A DNA stretch of 64,000 nucleotides from Acidimicrobiales bacterium (GCA_039583615.1 JAVKSQ010000007.1:10960-74959); one strand, 5' to 3'. Counted from the stretch's first letter, positions 18,347 to 27,403 are shown. The notes: a model not told the origin generated them from the sequence alone. A program made the numbers and translations.

Positions 18347-20908
18347 ATGACCACCCCCGGCCCGGCCGCCGCCCCCCCGCCGGCGCCGTCTCGCAGCGGC
18401 CCTCCCGGTAGTCCGGCCGGCGCCAGCGGCCCGGGTGCACCTGGGTCGGGGGGCAGTGGCTCGGGCGTACCTGGCCCGGGTGCCACCAGCCCGGGTGCCA
18501 GCAGCCCGGGTGCCACCAGCCCGGGTGCTACCAGCCCGGGTGCCAGCAGCCCGGGTGCCAGCAGCCCGATCAAGGAGCCGGGCCAGCCGGCCCTGACGGC
18601 CAGCCTGCCCGAGTCCACCAGCTACCGGATCAAGCGCTTCCTGCTGGGGCCGCCGCTGGTCACCGACCGCCTGAGCGGTCAGCGTCTGGGCAGGCCGACG
18701 GCCCTGGCGGTGCTCTCCTCCGACGTGATGTCGTCCTCGGCCTATGCCACCGAGGAGATCCTGCGCATCCTGGTGCCGGTCGCCGGCCTGGCCGCCTTCT
18801 CGCTGGTCACCCCCATCACCGGCGTCATCCTGGCCGTGCTGGCCGTGGTCACCCTTTGCTATCGCGAGGTGGTCCGGGCCTACCCCAAGGCGGGGGGATC
18901 CTACGTGGTCAGCCGGGACAACTTCGGGCCCAACATCGCCCAGATCGCCGGGGCGGCCCTGCTGATCAGCTACACCATCACAGTGGCCGTCTCGGTGGCC
19001 GCCGGCACCGACGCCATCATCTCGGCCGTGCCTGCCCTGTCCAGCGACGCCGTGCCCCTCTCGGTGGCCTTCGTGGTCCTCATCGCCTACGGCAACCTGC
19101 GGGGCATCCGCGAGGCGGGCCGCATCTTCGCCGTCCCCACCTACTTCTTCATCACCAACATGGCGGTTCTCATCGTCGCCGGCCTGGTGAAGGCGGCCAT
19201 GGGGACCCTGGGCCACATCCACCCGGCCAGCGGGATCCTGCCGCTGGGCCACGCCGGGGGGGGCGGCCTGTTCCTCGGGGTGGGGGCCTTCTTCGTCTTG
19301 CGGGCCTTCGCCAACGGCGGCTCGGCCATGACCGGTACGGAGGCCATCTCCAACGGGGTGAGCGTCTTTCGGCCCCCGCAGGTCGACAACGCCCGCAAGA
19401 CCCTGGTGATGATGAGCATGATCCTCGGCACCATGTTCCTCGGAGTGTCGGTGCTGGCCGCCCTCACCCACGCCGTGCCGTTCGCCTCCGGCACCCCCAC
19501 GGTCGTCTCCGAGATCGGCAAGCTGGTCTACGGCAGCGGCCCGACAGGGTCGGTCCTCTACCTCTGCCTGCAGGCCGCCACCGCCATCATCCTCATCCTG
19601 GCCGCCAACACCAGCTATACGGGGTTCCCCTTCCTCGTGAGCTTCGTGGCCGAGGACAGCTTCCTACCCCATCAGCTCACCGTGAGGGGCCACCGCCTGG
19701 TCTTCTCCAACGGCATCATCGTGCTCACGGTGGCGTCCATCGCCCTGCTGCTGGCCACCAGGGCCCAGGTGGCCTCGCTCATCCCCATGTACGCCATCGG
19801 CGTCTTCACCGGCTTCACCATGGCCGGGGCCGGCATGGTGAAGCACCACCTGGCTCACCGCCAGGAGCACTGGCGGCGAAGTGTGGCGGTCAACGCCACC
19901 GCCGCCGTGGTCTGCCTGATCGTGGTGGCGATATTCGCGGTCACCGAGTTCACCCGCGGCGCCTGGGTGGTGGTGGTGGTGATGCCCGCCCTCATCTACG
20001 GGCTGGTGCGCACCAACCACCAGTACCGGATCGAGCGAGCGACGCTGGAGGAGGGCGCCGCGGCCCTCGCCTGTGAGGCCCCGATCCTGCGCCGCCACGT
20101 GGTGATCGTGCTGGTGGACCGGGTCGACCTGGCTACCGCCCGGGCCATCCAGTATGCCCGGACGCTCGCCCCCGACGACCTGAGGGCGGTGCACCTCAAC
20201 ATCGACGACCGCCGAGCCCAGCGCCTCATCCAGCGCTGGAGCGAGCTGGGCCTCACCCGGCTGCCCCTGGATGTCATCGAGTGCCCCGACCGGCGCCTGG
20301 GGCGGGCCGCCCTGGAGCTGGCGGTGGAAGCGGCCGACGGCGAGACGGAGGTCAGCATCCTGCTGCCCCGACGGGCCTACCGCCGGGCGTGGGCCCATGT
20401 CCTGCACGACCACACCGCCGATCGCATCGTCGAGGTGGTGAGCAAGGTGCCCCACGTCAACGCCACCATCGTGCCCTTCGACGTGGCCGGCATCCTGGAG
20501 GAGCAGCAGGCGCTGGCCCACCTGCGCCGCACGGAGGGCAACGGCGGGACCAGCGACAGCCGGCCCCCGGCCGCCCGGGACGTCGGGGCCCTTCCCGACG
20601 TGGCCGGGACGGCGCCCATCGCCGAGCTCCAGAGGCGCCGGTCTGCCCGGGTCGCTGGCCGGGTCCGGGCGGTGCGGGTGCAGCCATGGGCGGGAGTGCC
20701 CACCTTGGAGTGCAGCCTCATCGACGCCAGCAGCGGCGTCGTCACCCTCGTGTTCCTCGGCCGCCGCCAGATCGCCGGGATCCGTACCGGCACCCAGCTG
20801 GTGGCCGAAGGAATGGTGGGCGAACGGGGCGGCAAGCTGGCCATCATCAACCCGTCGTTCCAGCTGGTCAGCGTGCCCGAGGACGAGGAGGCTACCGCCA
20901 GCCCCTGA
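18347..20908 (+). CDS. APC-superfamily amino-acid permease-like membrane protein with a low-complexity N-terminus, a cytoplasmic C-domain and a fused C-terminal OB-fold-like module
   Basis: The core has YRIKRFLLGPPL...LSSDVMSSSAYATEEIL and about 12 TM segments. The last ~110 aa (VAGRVRAVRVQPWAGVPTLECSLIDASSGVVTLVFLGRRQIAGIRTGTQLVAEGMVGERGGKLAIINPSF) look like the small stand-alone OB-fold proteins of actinobacteria. Confidence 0.8.
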   Translation: MTTPGPAAAPPPAPSRSGPPGSPAGASGPGAPGSGGSGSGVPGPGATSPGASSPGATSPGATSPGASSPGASSPIKEPGQPALTASLPESTSYRIKRFLLGPPLVTDRLSGQRLGRPTALAVLSSDVMSSSAYATEEILRILVPVAGLAAFSLVTPITGVILAVLAVVTLCYREVVRAYPKAGGSYVVSRDNFGPNIAQIAGAALLISYTITVAVSVAAGTDAIISAVPALSSDAVPLSVAFVVLIAYGNLRGIREAGRIFAVPTYFFITNMAVLIVAGLVKAAMGTLGHIHPASGILPLGHAGGGGLFLGVGAFFVLRAFANGGSAMTGTEAISNGVSVFRPPQVDNARKTLVMMSMILGTMFLGVSVLAALTHAVPFASGTPTVVSEIGKLVYGSGPTGSVLYLCLQAATAIILILAANTSYTGFPFLVSFVAEDSFLPHQLTVRGHRLVFSNGIIVLTVASIALLLATRAQVASLIPMYAIGVFTGFTMAGAGMVKHHLAHRQEHWRRSVAVNATAAVVCLIVVAIFAVTEFTRGAWVVVVVMPALIYGLVRTNHQYRIERATLEEGAAALACEAPILRRHVVIVLVDRVDLATARAIQYARTLAPDDLRAVHLNIDDRRAQRLIQRWSELGLTRLPLDVIECPDRRLGRAALELAVEAADGETEVSILLPRRAYRRAWAHVLHDHTADRIVEVVSKVPHVNATIVPFDVAGILEEQQALAHLRRTEGNGGTSDSRPPAARDVGALPDVAGTAPIAELQRRRSARVAGRVRAVRVQPWAGVPTLECSLIDASSGVVTLVFLGRRQIAGIRTGTQLVAEGMVGERGGKLAIINPSFQLVSVPEDEEATASP
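18475..18564 (+). repeat. In-frame 15-bp tandem repeat x6 (CCCGGGTGCCASCAG) encoding (S/T)SPGA repeats in the permease N-terminus
   Basis: Counted directly: units start at 18475, 18490, 18505, 18520, 18535 and 18550, with 1-2 substitutions per unit. Confidence 0.9.
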
Positions 20909-20921
20909 GCGTGGGCCATGG

Positions 20922-22007
20922 TCACCCGCACGGGCCCGGCCGGCCGGGGCAGTCACCCGGTTGGTCAGGCAGGGCACCGCCATGGCCGGCCGTCCAGGCC
21001 AACAGGCGAGCCGGTGGCCAGGTGTTGACCACCGAGTCGGCCACCACACCGGACTCGGCTGCCCTCCGGCAGCCGTAGGGCTGCCACTCCAGCTGGCCAG
21101 GGGCATGGGCATCGGTGTCGATGGCCACCAGGGCCCCGGCCTCGACGGCCAGGCGCAGGAGCCGGCGAGGTGGGTCCAGGCGATCGGGGCGGCAGTTGAC
21201 CTCGATCGCCTTGCCCGCCTGGGCGGCGGCGGCGAAGACGGCCTCGGCGTCGAAGTCCGAGGGGGGCCGGCCCTTGCCCACCACGATGCGGCCGGTGCAG
21301 TGGCCCAGGATGTCGACGTGGGGATTGGCCAGGGCCGCCACCAGGCGAGCGGTCATGGCCCGGCGCTCCATGCGCAGCTTGGAGTGGGCGCTGGCCACCA
21401 CCACGTCCAGGCGGCTGAGCAGGTCAGGGTCCTGGTCGAGGGACCCGTCCTCCAAGATGTCGACCTCGATGCCGGTGAGGAGGCGAAAGGGCCTGCCCTG
21501 CGGACCAGCCTGGACCACCGCCTTGTTCACCTCCTCCACCACCTCGATCTGGCGGACCAGGCGCTCGGGGGACAGCCCGTGGGCCACCGTGAGCCGCGGC
21601 GAGTGGTCGGTGAGCACCAGGTAGGAGTGGCCGAGGGCGGCGGCAGCTCGGGCCATGGCTTCTATGGGGCTTCCCCCGTCCGACCAGTCCGAGTGGCTGT
21701 GGCAGTCGCCCACCAGGGACGCTCGCAGGCCAGCCCCGGGCCCGGGATCGGGCTCCGGCAGTGCTTCCAGGTGGGCCAGGTACCCTGGCACCTCGCCGGC
21801 CAGGACGGCGGTCACCACCGCCTCGGTGGTCTCGCCGATGCCGGCCAGCTCTCGCAGCCGGTGCTCATTGGCCAGGCCGGCCAGCTCCTCGGTCCCCAGC
21901 CCGGCGATGGTGGCCGCCGCCGTGCGGAAGGCCCGTACCCGATAGGTGGGCTCCTGCTCGCGCTCCAGCAGGTAGGCGATGCGCTCCAGCGCATCGACGG
22001 GTCCCAT
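20922..22007 (-). CDS. PHP-domain phosphoesterase with PolX-like helix-hairpin-helix N-terminus
   Basis: Start at ATG 22007 (MGPVDALERIAYLLEREQEPTYRVRAFRTAA). Has the PHP motifs DCHSHSDWSDG and LVLTDHSP. The upstream 58 codons of the track ORF are Pro/Arg-rich and were rejected. Confidence 0.75.
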   Translation of the reverse strand: MGPVDALERIAYLLEREQEPTYRVRAFRTAAATIAGLGTEELAGLANEHRLRELAGIGETTEAVVTAVLAGEVPGYLAHLEALPEPDPGPGAGLRASLVGDCHSHSDWSDGGSPIEAMARAAAALGHSYLVLTDHSPRLTVAHGLSPERLVRQIEVVEEVNKAVVQAGPQGRPFRLLTGIEVDILEDGSLDQDPDLLSRLDVVVASAHSKLRMERRAMTARLVAALANPHVDILGHCTGRIVVGKGRPPSDFDAEAVFAAAAQAGKAIEVNCRPDRLDPPRRLLRLAVEAGALVAIDTDAHAPGQLEWQPYGCRRAAESGVVADSVVNTWPPARLLAWTAGHGGALPDQPGDCPGRPGPCG

Positions 22008-22068
22008 GGCAGCGGCCAGCGTACCTCCGCCCCGGCCTGAGGTGCCGGCCCTTTGTGCCGCCACCGCC

Positions 22069-23451
22069 TCAGGTGACGGGGGTGGCCTCCGGGTTGGGCG
22101 GGGAGGGCCCAGGCACGGCCACCGGTGCGGGCGCGGCCCCGGCGGCCACGAGGCCGGCGGCCGCCGGGGTCGGGTCGTCAAGGGCGGCCACCAGGTCTGG
22201 CCAGCGCCAGACGAAGACGGTCATCGCCACCAGCAACAGGGCGGCGGCGCCGATCGTCACCCGTCGCAGGCCGAGCTGGTCACCGAGGAATCCCTGCACC
22301 AGGGCACCCAGCGGGTAGATGGTGCCCAGGGCCATCATGTACAGGCCCAGGACCCGGCCCCGGGCCTCGGCTGGCACCCGCAGCTGGATGGCCGAATTGA
22401 GCCCCGAGAGCACTCCTATGTACACCGCGCCGACGGCCAGGAGCGCCACCGCCGCCAGGTCCAGGGTGGGGGCGGCCGCGTATCCGACCAGGACCACCGG
22501 TAGGGCGACCAGCACGGTCACCACCACCCGGCGCCGGCCCCAGCGCGCCACCAGGGAGGCCAGGGCCAAGGCCCCGAGCACGGCGCCTACGCCCTGGGCG
22601 GTGACCAGCACTGAGGTACCAGAGGCCTGCTGGTGAAACAGCTTCAGGGCAACGGCCGGGACCAGGGCTATGAATGGCGACGCCAGGAGGGCGACCACCG
22701 CTATCAAGACGATGGCGGCTCGACACCCCGGCTCGGCGGCGGCCACCCTTGCCCCCTCGACCAGCCGTCGCCGCAGGCTGGTGGGCTCCGGGAGCCTGGC
22801 CGGCGCTTGGGGGCGGACCAGCACCAGGGCGGCCAACACGGCGAGGAAGGAGCCGGCGTTGAGGGCGAAGGCCAGGCTGTAGGAGCCGGCGACGATGGCC
22901 ACTCCGGCCAGGGCCGGCCCGATCACCCGACCCAGGTTGAACTGGGCAGACGACAGCGAGATGGCCGCCAGCAGATCCTTGGTCTCCACCAGGTCGGGCA
23001 GCATGGCCTGGTAGGCGGGGAAGCCCACCGCGCCCATAATGCCGCCCCCGAGCACGACCAGGGCCACGACTCCCGGCCGGGCCTGCCCGGTGGCCGCCAG
23101 CACGGCCAGCCCGGTGGCGAAGGCGGTCTCACCGGCGGTGGTGACCAGCAGCCAGCGCCGCCGGTCGAAGCGGTCGGCCATGGCCCCGCCCACCGGGGAC
23201 AGGAGCCCGATAGGCACGAAGGCAGCTGCCGCCACCAGCCCGGTCCAGCCCGCCTGGTGGGTACGGGCAGTCACCAGGACCCCGACGGCGACCGTCTGCA
23301 TCCACGTCCCCACGTTGGAGACCAGGGCAGCCGACCACAGCAGGGCGAAGTCGCGCCGGCGCAAAGGACGCAGGGAGAACAGGCGCACGGTCCGAGGGTA
23401 GAGCCAGTACAGGAAGCCCCCTTCCCTCGTCCGGCGGAGGAGGGTTGTCAC
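22069..23451 (-). CDS. MFS transporter
   Basis: 460 aa with 12 hydrophobic segments and N-terminal RRRDFALLWSAALVSNVGTWMQTVAVGVLV, typical of EntS-like MFS exporters. Confidence 0.8.
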   Translation of the reverse strand: MTTLLRRTREGGFLYWLYPRTVRLFSLRPLRRRDFALLWSAALVSNVGTWMQTVAVGVLVTARTHQAGWTGLVAAAAFVPIGLLSPVGGAMADRFDRRRWLLVTTAGETAFATGLAVLAATGQARPGVVALVVLGGGIMGAVGFPAYQAMLPDLVETKDLLAAISLSSAQFNLGRVIGPALAGVAIVAGSYSLAFALNAGSFLAVLAALVLVRPQAPARLPEPTSLRRRLVEGARVAAAEPGCRAAIVLIAVVALLASPFIALVPAVALKLFHQQASGTSVLVTAQGVGAVLGALALASLVARWGRRRVVVTVLVALPVVLVGYAAAPTLDLAAVALLAVGAVYIGVLSGLNSAIQLRVPAEARGRVLGLYMMALGTIYPLGALVQGFLGDQLGLRRVTIGAAALLLVAMTVFVWRWPDLVAALDDPTPAAAGLVAAGAAPAPVAVPGPSPPNPEATPVT

Positions 23452-23473
23452 AGCTCGCCGTCATGATTGACCC

Positions 23474-23617
23474 ATGGAACGTCAACTGGTCCTGTTGGAC
23501 GACGTGGGGGCAAGAGACTGGCGCCTCGACGAGCGCACCCGAGAGGTCGGCAGGGTTGGGCTGGCCCTGGCCCGGGCTGCCCTGCGCGATGCGGCTCGGC
23601 GGGCAACGGCGGCCTGA
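23474..23617 (+). CDS. Candidate 47-aa small protein (MERQLVLLDDVGARDWRLDERTREVGRVGLALARAALRDAARRATAA)
   Basis: ATG 23474 to TGA 23615-23617, in the 208-bp MFS/ChbG divergent gap. It is below the ORF-track size cut-off. No clear SD, and a Trp-rich overlapping frame is also open. Confidence 0.25.
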   Translation: MERQLVLLDDVGARDWRLDERTREVGRVGLALARAALRDAARRATAA

Positions 23618-23659
23618 GCGGGCCTGAGCGGCGGCATGAAGGGGTGATGGTCGGTAGTT

Positions 23660-24523
23660 ATGCTGCCGGCCATGCCCGTGCCCGGCCTGGTCGAGCGCTT
23701 GGGCCACCCGTCCGCCGCCAAGCTGGTCATCATCACCTGCGACGACCTGGGATCCAGCCACGCGGCCAACGACGCCGTGTTCGAGGCGTTGCGGTTGGGG
23801 ATGGCCACCAGCGCCGGGTTGATGGTGCCCTGCCCCTGGGCGAGGGAGGCGGCCGCCCGCTACCGAGGCGAGGACGTGGGCGTCCAGATCACTCTCAACG
23901 CCGAGCACGACCTTTACCGCTGGGGCCCGATCACCCGCGCCCCGTCGCTGCTCGACGGTGACGGTGGCTTTCCCCGCACGGTGGCCGACGTGTGGGACCA
24001 CGCTGACGTGGACGAGGTCCGCCGCGAGTGCCGGGCCCAGGTCGAACGGGCCATCTATTGGGGGTTCGACGTCAGCCACCTCAGCTCCCACCTGGCCACC
24101 CTGGCCCTCCGGCCCGAGTTCTTCGACGTGTACCTCGAGCTGGCAGCGGAGTTCCGCCTGCCCATCCGCCTGTCGGGGGCGTCGACCGAGCGAGCCATCG
24201 GGTTCCCGTTCAGGCGGCTGGCCGCGGAGGAGGGGGTGGCCTTCCCCGACCACCTGGTCGTCGCCAGCAGTCCGGGTGGCACCGGAGTCGGCAGCCGACG
24301 AGCCTTGGAGCGAGCCCTTTTCGACCTGGCTCCGGGCATCACCGAGGTCGTCCTCCACCCGGCCTTGGACACCGACGAGCTGAGGGCCTTGGCTCCTGAC
24401 TGGGCGGCCAGGGTCGACGACCACCACCTGGTCTGTCATGACTCCTCGCTGGGCGACCTGGCCGAGCGGGCCGGCGCCATCCTGGTGGGCTACCGGGCCC
24501 TGCGGGACCTCATGCGCGGGTGA
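23660..24523 (+). CDS. ChbG/HpnK (YdjC-like) carbohydrate deacetylase family protein
   Basis: KLVIITCDDLGSSHAANDAVFEALRLGMATSAGLMVPCPW is a typical YdjC-family N-terminus with the metal-binding Asp. Length 287 aa. Confidence 0.8.
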   Translation: MLPAMPVPGLVERLGHPSAAKLVIITCDDLGSSHAANDAVFEALRLGMATSAGLMVPCPWAREAAARYRGEDVGVQITLNAEHDLYRWGPITRAPSLLDGDGGFPRTVADVWDHADVDEVRRECRAQVERAIYWGFDVSHLSSHLATLALRPEFFDVYLELAAEFRLPIRLSGASTERAIGFPFRRLAAEEGVAFPDHLVVASSPGGTGVGSRRALERALFDLAPGITEVVLHPALDTDELRALAPDWAARVDDHHLVCHDSSLGDLAERAGAILVGYRALRDLMRG

Positions 24524-24528
24524 TCACC

Positions 24529-25326
24529 TCAGCCCTGGCTGGGCAGTGGGCCCCACACCAGGGCCGAGCGGGTGCTCACCGTGGCGCCGGGGGCAGTCTC
24601 AGCCGTGACGGCCAGGGTGGTGGCACCCGAGCGGGCCGAGATGCTGAACGGGGACAGTCCCGGATGTGGTCCAAGAGTGCCGAGGGAGACCCGCTGCCCC
24701 CCGCTCTCCACCGCCCACAGTTGGTAGGTCATGCTCCGAGACAGGGCCGGCAGGCTGGCGTCGGTGAGGTAGCCGTGCCCATCGCTCAGTACCACCGCCT
24801 CGGCGGAGAAGTGGCTCACCGGGCTGCGCAGGTCGACCCGCTGAGCGCGTGGATCCGCCAGGGCAGCGGCGACCACCTGCTGGAGGCCATGGTCCGAGAC
24901 GGCCGAGGTCACCCCGTTGACCCGGTGCTGAAGGGCGTGGATCTCGAAACCCACGGCAAAGACGACCACCACTGCAGCCAGGGCGGCCGCCGCTGCGAGG
25001 GACATCCGCACGGCCCTCCGGCGCCGGGGCAGGGGCAACAGCCGGGTCAGGCTCAGCTCGGGGGGCGGCTCCTCCAGGCTGGCCTGGATCCGGTCCCACA
25101 GCTCGGGGGGAGCCGCCGTGCCGACGTTGCCGAGGGCAGCTGCCACCTCCCGGTGGTCAGCCACCTCTGACCGGCAGCGCGGACAGGTGGGCAGATGGTT
25201 GGCCACCACCTCGGCCTCGGGGCCTTCGACCGCGTCGAGGGCGTAAGCACCGAGCAGAGCCTCGATCGCGACATGGGTGAGGGGGGCGGCATCGCCGGAT
25301 CCCTGAGCCCGCACGACGTCGCTCAA
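24529..25326 (-). CDS. Anti-sigma factor, zf-HC2 N-domain plus TM plus RskA-like extracytoplasmic domain
   Basis: HLPTCPRCRSEVADH (H-x3-C-x2-C), a single TM segment LAAAAALAAVVVVFAV, and a C-terminal YQLWAVESGGQRVSLGTLG region. The start overlaps the sigma factor stop. Confidence 0.8.
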   Translation of the reverse strand: MSDVVRAQGSGDAAPLTHVAIEALLGAYALDAVEGPEAEVVANHLPTCPRCRSEVADHREVAAALGNVGTAAPPELWDRIQASLEEPPPELSLTRLLPLPRRRRAVRMSLAAAAALAAVVVVFAVGFEIHALQHRVNGVTSAVSDHGLQQVVAAALADPRAQRVDLRSPVSHFSAEAVVLSDGHGYLTDASLPALSRSMTYQLWAVESGGQRVSLGTLGPHPGLSPFSISARSGATTLAVTAETAPGATVSTRSALVWGPLPSQG

Positions 25327-26099
25327 CTAAGCGTCACCCCGCTGGCCGACAGGGTGGGCCTCATCCGCTTCAGACCTGTCCGGATCCGGCTCTTGACCGT
25401 TCCCTCGGGCTCGCCCAGCATGACGGCCACCTCCCGATAGGTGTGACCGCCGAAGTAGGCCAGCTCGATGGCCCGGCGCTCGTCGGGGGGCAGTGCCGAC
25501 ACCGCCTCCTTGATATGGTCGGCCACCGCCAGGTCCCACACCTCGTGCTCCAGGTCGTAGCCGGCGCCGGCCGTCTCCCTTGCCTGGCGGTCCTCGCGCC
25601 GGCGCCTCGACGCGTCGGCCCGCACCAGGTCGACGGCCCGCCCGTGCGCCTGGGCCAGCAGGTATGAGCGCAGCGAGCCACGATCAGGGTCGAACTTCTC
25701 CGGTTGGTTCCACAACCGCAGGAAGACCTCTTGGACCACCTCCTCGGCGGTGGTCACCTCTCCCAGCACCCGCCGGGCCAGTGCATAGACTGCTCCGGCG
25801 TGACGCCGGTAGCTCTCCGCCAAGGCATCCTCGTGCCACCGACCTATGGCGACTACGAGGCTGGCGTCACTGGCGTCAGTGAGATTGCGCGTGGTCCTGG
25901 CCCGTCCCGAGGGCCCGCTCCGGCGGCGGACTGCTGGCCAGCGTACCCTGGTGGTGAGCCGGCTGGAGGCCGCCCGCCGCCCAGCACCGGACCAGGCAAC
26001 CCGTCCGAGTGCCCCTGTTGATCCGAGGGCCCCGTCGGCGCCGTACTCCCGGTGAACCAGTATCCCCGGTGAACCGGCATTCCGGTGAACCCAACCCAA
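25323..26099 (-). CDS. ECF-type RNA polymerase sigma factor (start codon uncertain)
   Basis: Region 2: DALAESYRRHAGAVYALARRVLG..AEEVVQEVFLRLW. Region 4: RRAIELAYFGGHTYREVAVMLGEPEGTVKSRIRTGL. The only canonical in-frame start upstream of region 2 is TTG 26099, which gives a ~75-aa extension. Confidence 0.8.
   Translation of the reverse strand: MGWVHRNAGSPGILVHREYGADGALGSTGALGRVAWSGAGRRAASSRLTTRVRWPAVRRRSGPSGRARTTRNLTDASDASLVVAIGRWHEDALAESYRRHAGAVYALARRVLGEVTTAEEVVQEVFLRLWNQPEKFDPDRGSLRSYLLAQAHGRAVDLVRADASRRRREDRQARETAGAGYDLEHEVWDLAVADHIKEAVSALPPDERRAIELAYFGGHTYREVAVMLGEPEGTVKSRIRTGLKRMRPTLSASGVTLS
26049..26091 (+). promoter_or_regulatory. Three direct repeats of CCGGTGAACC (26049, 26066, 26082) in the sigma/cupredoxin divergent region
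   Basis: Counted in the sequence, with 17- and 16-nt periodicity. They lie 23-65 nt upstream of the proposed cupredoxin start. A regulatory role is inferred only from position. Confidence 0.35.
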
Positions 26100-26113
26100 G
26101 GAGGCTCGGAGCC

Positions 26114-26539
26114 TTGTCCCGTACCGGCCGGATGAGCGTGCAGTGCACCGCGGTGATCGCCCTCGCTATTGGCTTGGCCGCATGTGGCAGCAAGACGGCG
26201 TCGTCGCCGACGACCAGCTCGTCGTCCTCCACCACCATGCCCCCCAGCACCACGACGGCAAGCTCCGGGCCCGCCTCAGGGGCCACCGGGGTGACGACGG
26301 TGACCATCCACAACTTCAAGTTCAGCCCGGACAACCCCACCGTGAAGGTCGGCGCCACCATCACCGTGCACAACGAGGACTCGACCACCCACACCTTTAC
26401 CGCCGACAACAAGGCGTTCGACACCGGTGACATCCCCGCTGGTGGGACCAAGACGGTGACGGTCAGCAAGGCGGGGAGCTACCCCTTCATGTGCACCATC
26501 CACCCCTTCATGACGGGGACCCTCACGGTCTCCGGCTGA
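26114..26539 (+). CDS. Cupredoxin (amicyanin/plastocyanin-like blue copper) lipoprotein
   Basis: TTG 26114 lies 9 nt after AAGGAGG (26098-26104); ATG 26132 is an alternative. Lipobox LAAC, Ser/Thr linker, and type-1 Cu ligands H (THTF) and CTIHPFM (C-x2-H-x2-M, as in amicyanin CTPHPFM). Confidence 0.8.
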   Translation: MSRTGRMSVQCTAVIALAIGLAACGSKTASSPTTSSSSSTTMPPSTTTASSGPASGATGVTTVTIHNFKFSPDNPTVKVGATITVHNEDSTTHTFTADNKAFDTGDIPAGGTKTVTVSKAGSYPFMCTIHPFMTGTLTVSG

Positions 26540-26638
26540 GACCTTCGGCGACGGTCGGCTCCTACCTTGGCAGGTGACGGGTCGGGGCGATGGTCCGGCG
26601 CTGGTGCCGGGGGCGATCCTGGCCGCCGCAATGATGAG

Positions 26639-27265
26639 GTGAGCCGCCGGGCAGTCCTGGCCGCCGGCAGCTTGCTCGGCGTCGGTCTTGCCTGCTCATC
26701 CTGCGGGGGGCGTTCGCCACCGTCCTCCAGGGCCAGGGCCCCGGTGGCCTCCGGACCCGAGCTGGCAGGCGACCTGCGGATGGTGGCCTTGGCGGCCAGC
26801 CTGGAGAACCTGGCCGTTGGCCTGTACGACCAGGCCCAGCACATCCTGGCCAGCGGCCAGCTGGGGGTCAGCCAGCCAGCGGTGACCATGTTGGCCCGGA
26901 CCGCCGAGCAGCAGCACTCGGACCACGCCCGGGCCTGGAACGCCATGCTGGGCGCCGCCAGGAAGGCCAAGGTCACCGGTCCCGACCCGATCCTCAAACC
27001 CCAGATCGACCAGGCATTCTCCCAGGTGAGAGAGGTCAGCTCCCTGATGGAGCTCATGCTGGTGGTGGAGCGCACCGCCGCCGCCACCTACCAGGAGGCG
27101 CTGGGAACCATGCAGGGCACTCACGCCATCGGCACGGCGGCGACCATCTACCCGGTCGAGATGGCCCACGCCGCCATGCTGCGGCTGCTGCTCGGCCAGT
27201 ACCCGGTCCCGGACGCCTTCGCTCCCGCCGACCTGGCCCGGCCGCCCAGCGATTACCAGGGTTGA
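26639..27265 (+). CDS. Tat-signal ferritin-like domain lipoprotein, paralogue 1
   Basis: GTG 26639 gives MSRRAVLAAGSLLGVGLACSSCGG (twin-Arg plus lipobox). Has ASLENLAV, AEQQHSDH, VERTAAATY and VEMAHAA (E / ExxH / E / ExxH pattern). The track ORF opens at TTG 26567, but those codons have low GC3. Confidence 0.7.
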   Translation: MSRRAVLAAGSLLGVGLACSSCGGRSPPSSRARAPVASGPELAGDLRMVALAASLENLAVGLYDQAQHILASGQLGVSQPAVTMLARTAEQQHSDHARAWNAMLGAARKAKVTGPDPILKPQIDQAFSQVREVSSLMELMLVVERTAAATYQEALGTMQGTHAIGTAATIYPVEMAHAAMLRLLLGQYPVPDAFAPADLARPPSDYQG

Positions 27266-27403
27266 TCGGCCTGTGGTGGGCCCTTTTCGGAACTTTCTCA
27301 TCCGCCTCGCTCCCCGGCGCCGAACAACCGGCGAGCAGAGAGCACTGAGCTGGGCCCTGACGCAAGGCACGATGCCGGAGACCGCCAACGGAGGAAGCCG
27401 CTG

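Noticed and set aside
23445-23627. 60-aa track ORF (MSQLAVMIDPWNVNWSCWTTWG..) as a Trp leader peptide
   Set aside because: No trp biosynthesis genes are adjacent, there is no terminator/antiterminator pairing, and its start would overlap the MFS start region. It is mentioned only as the competing frame in a finding.
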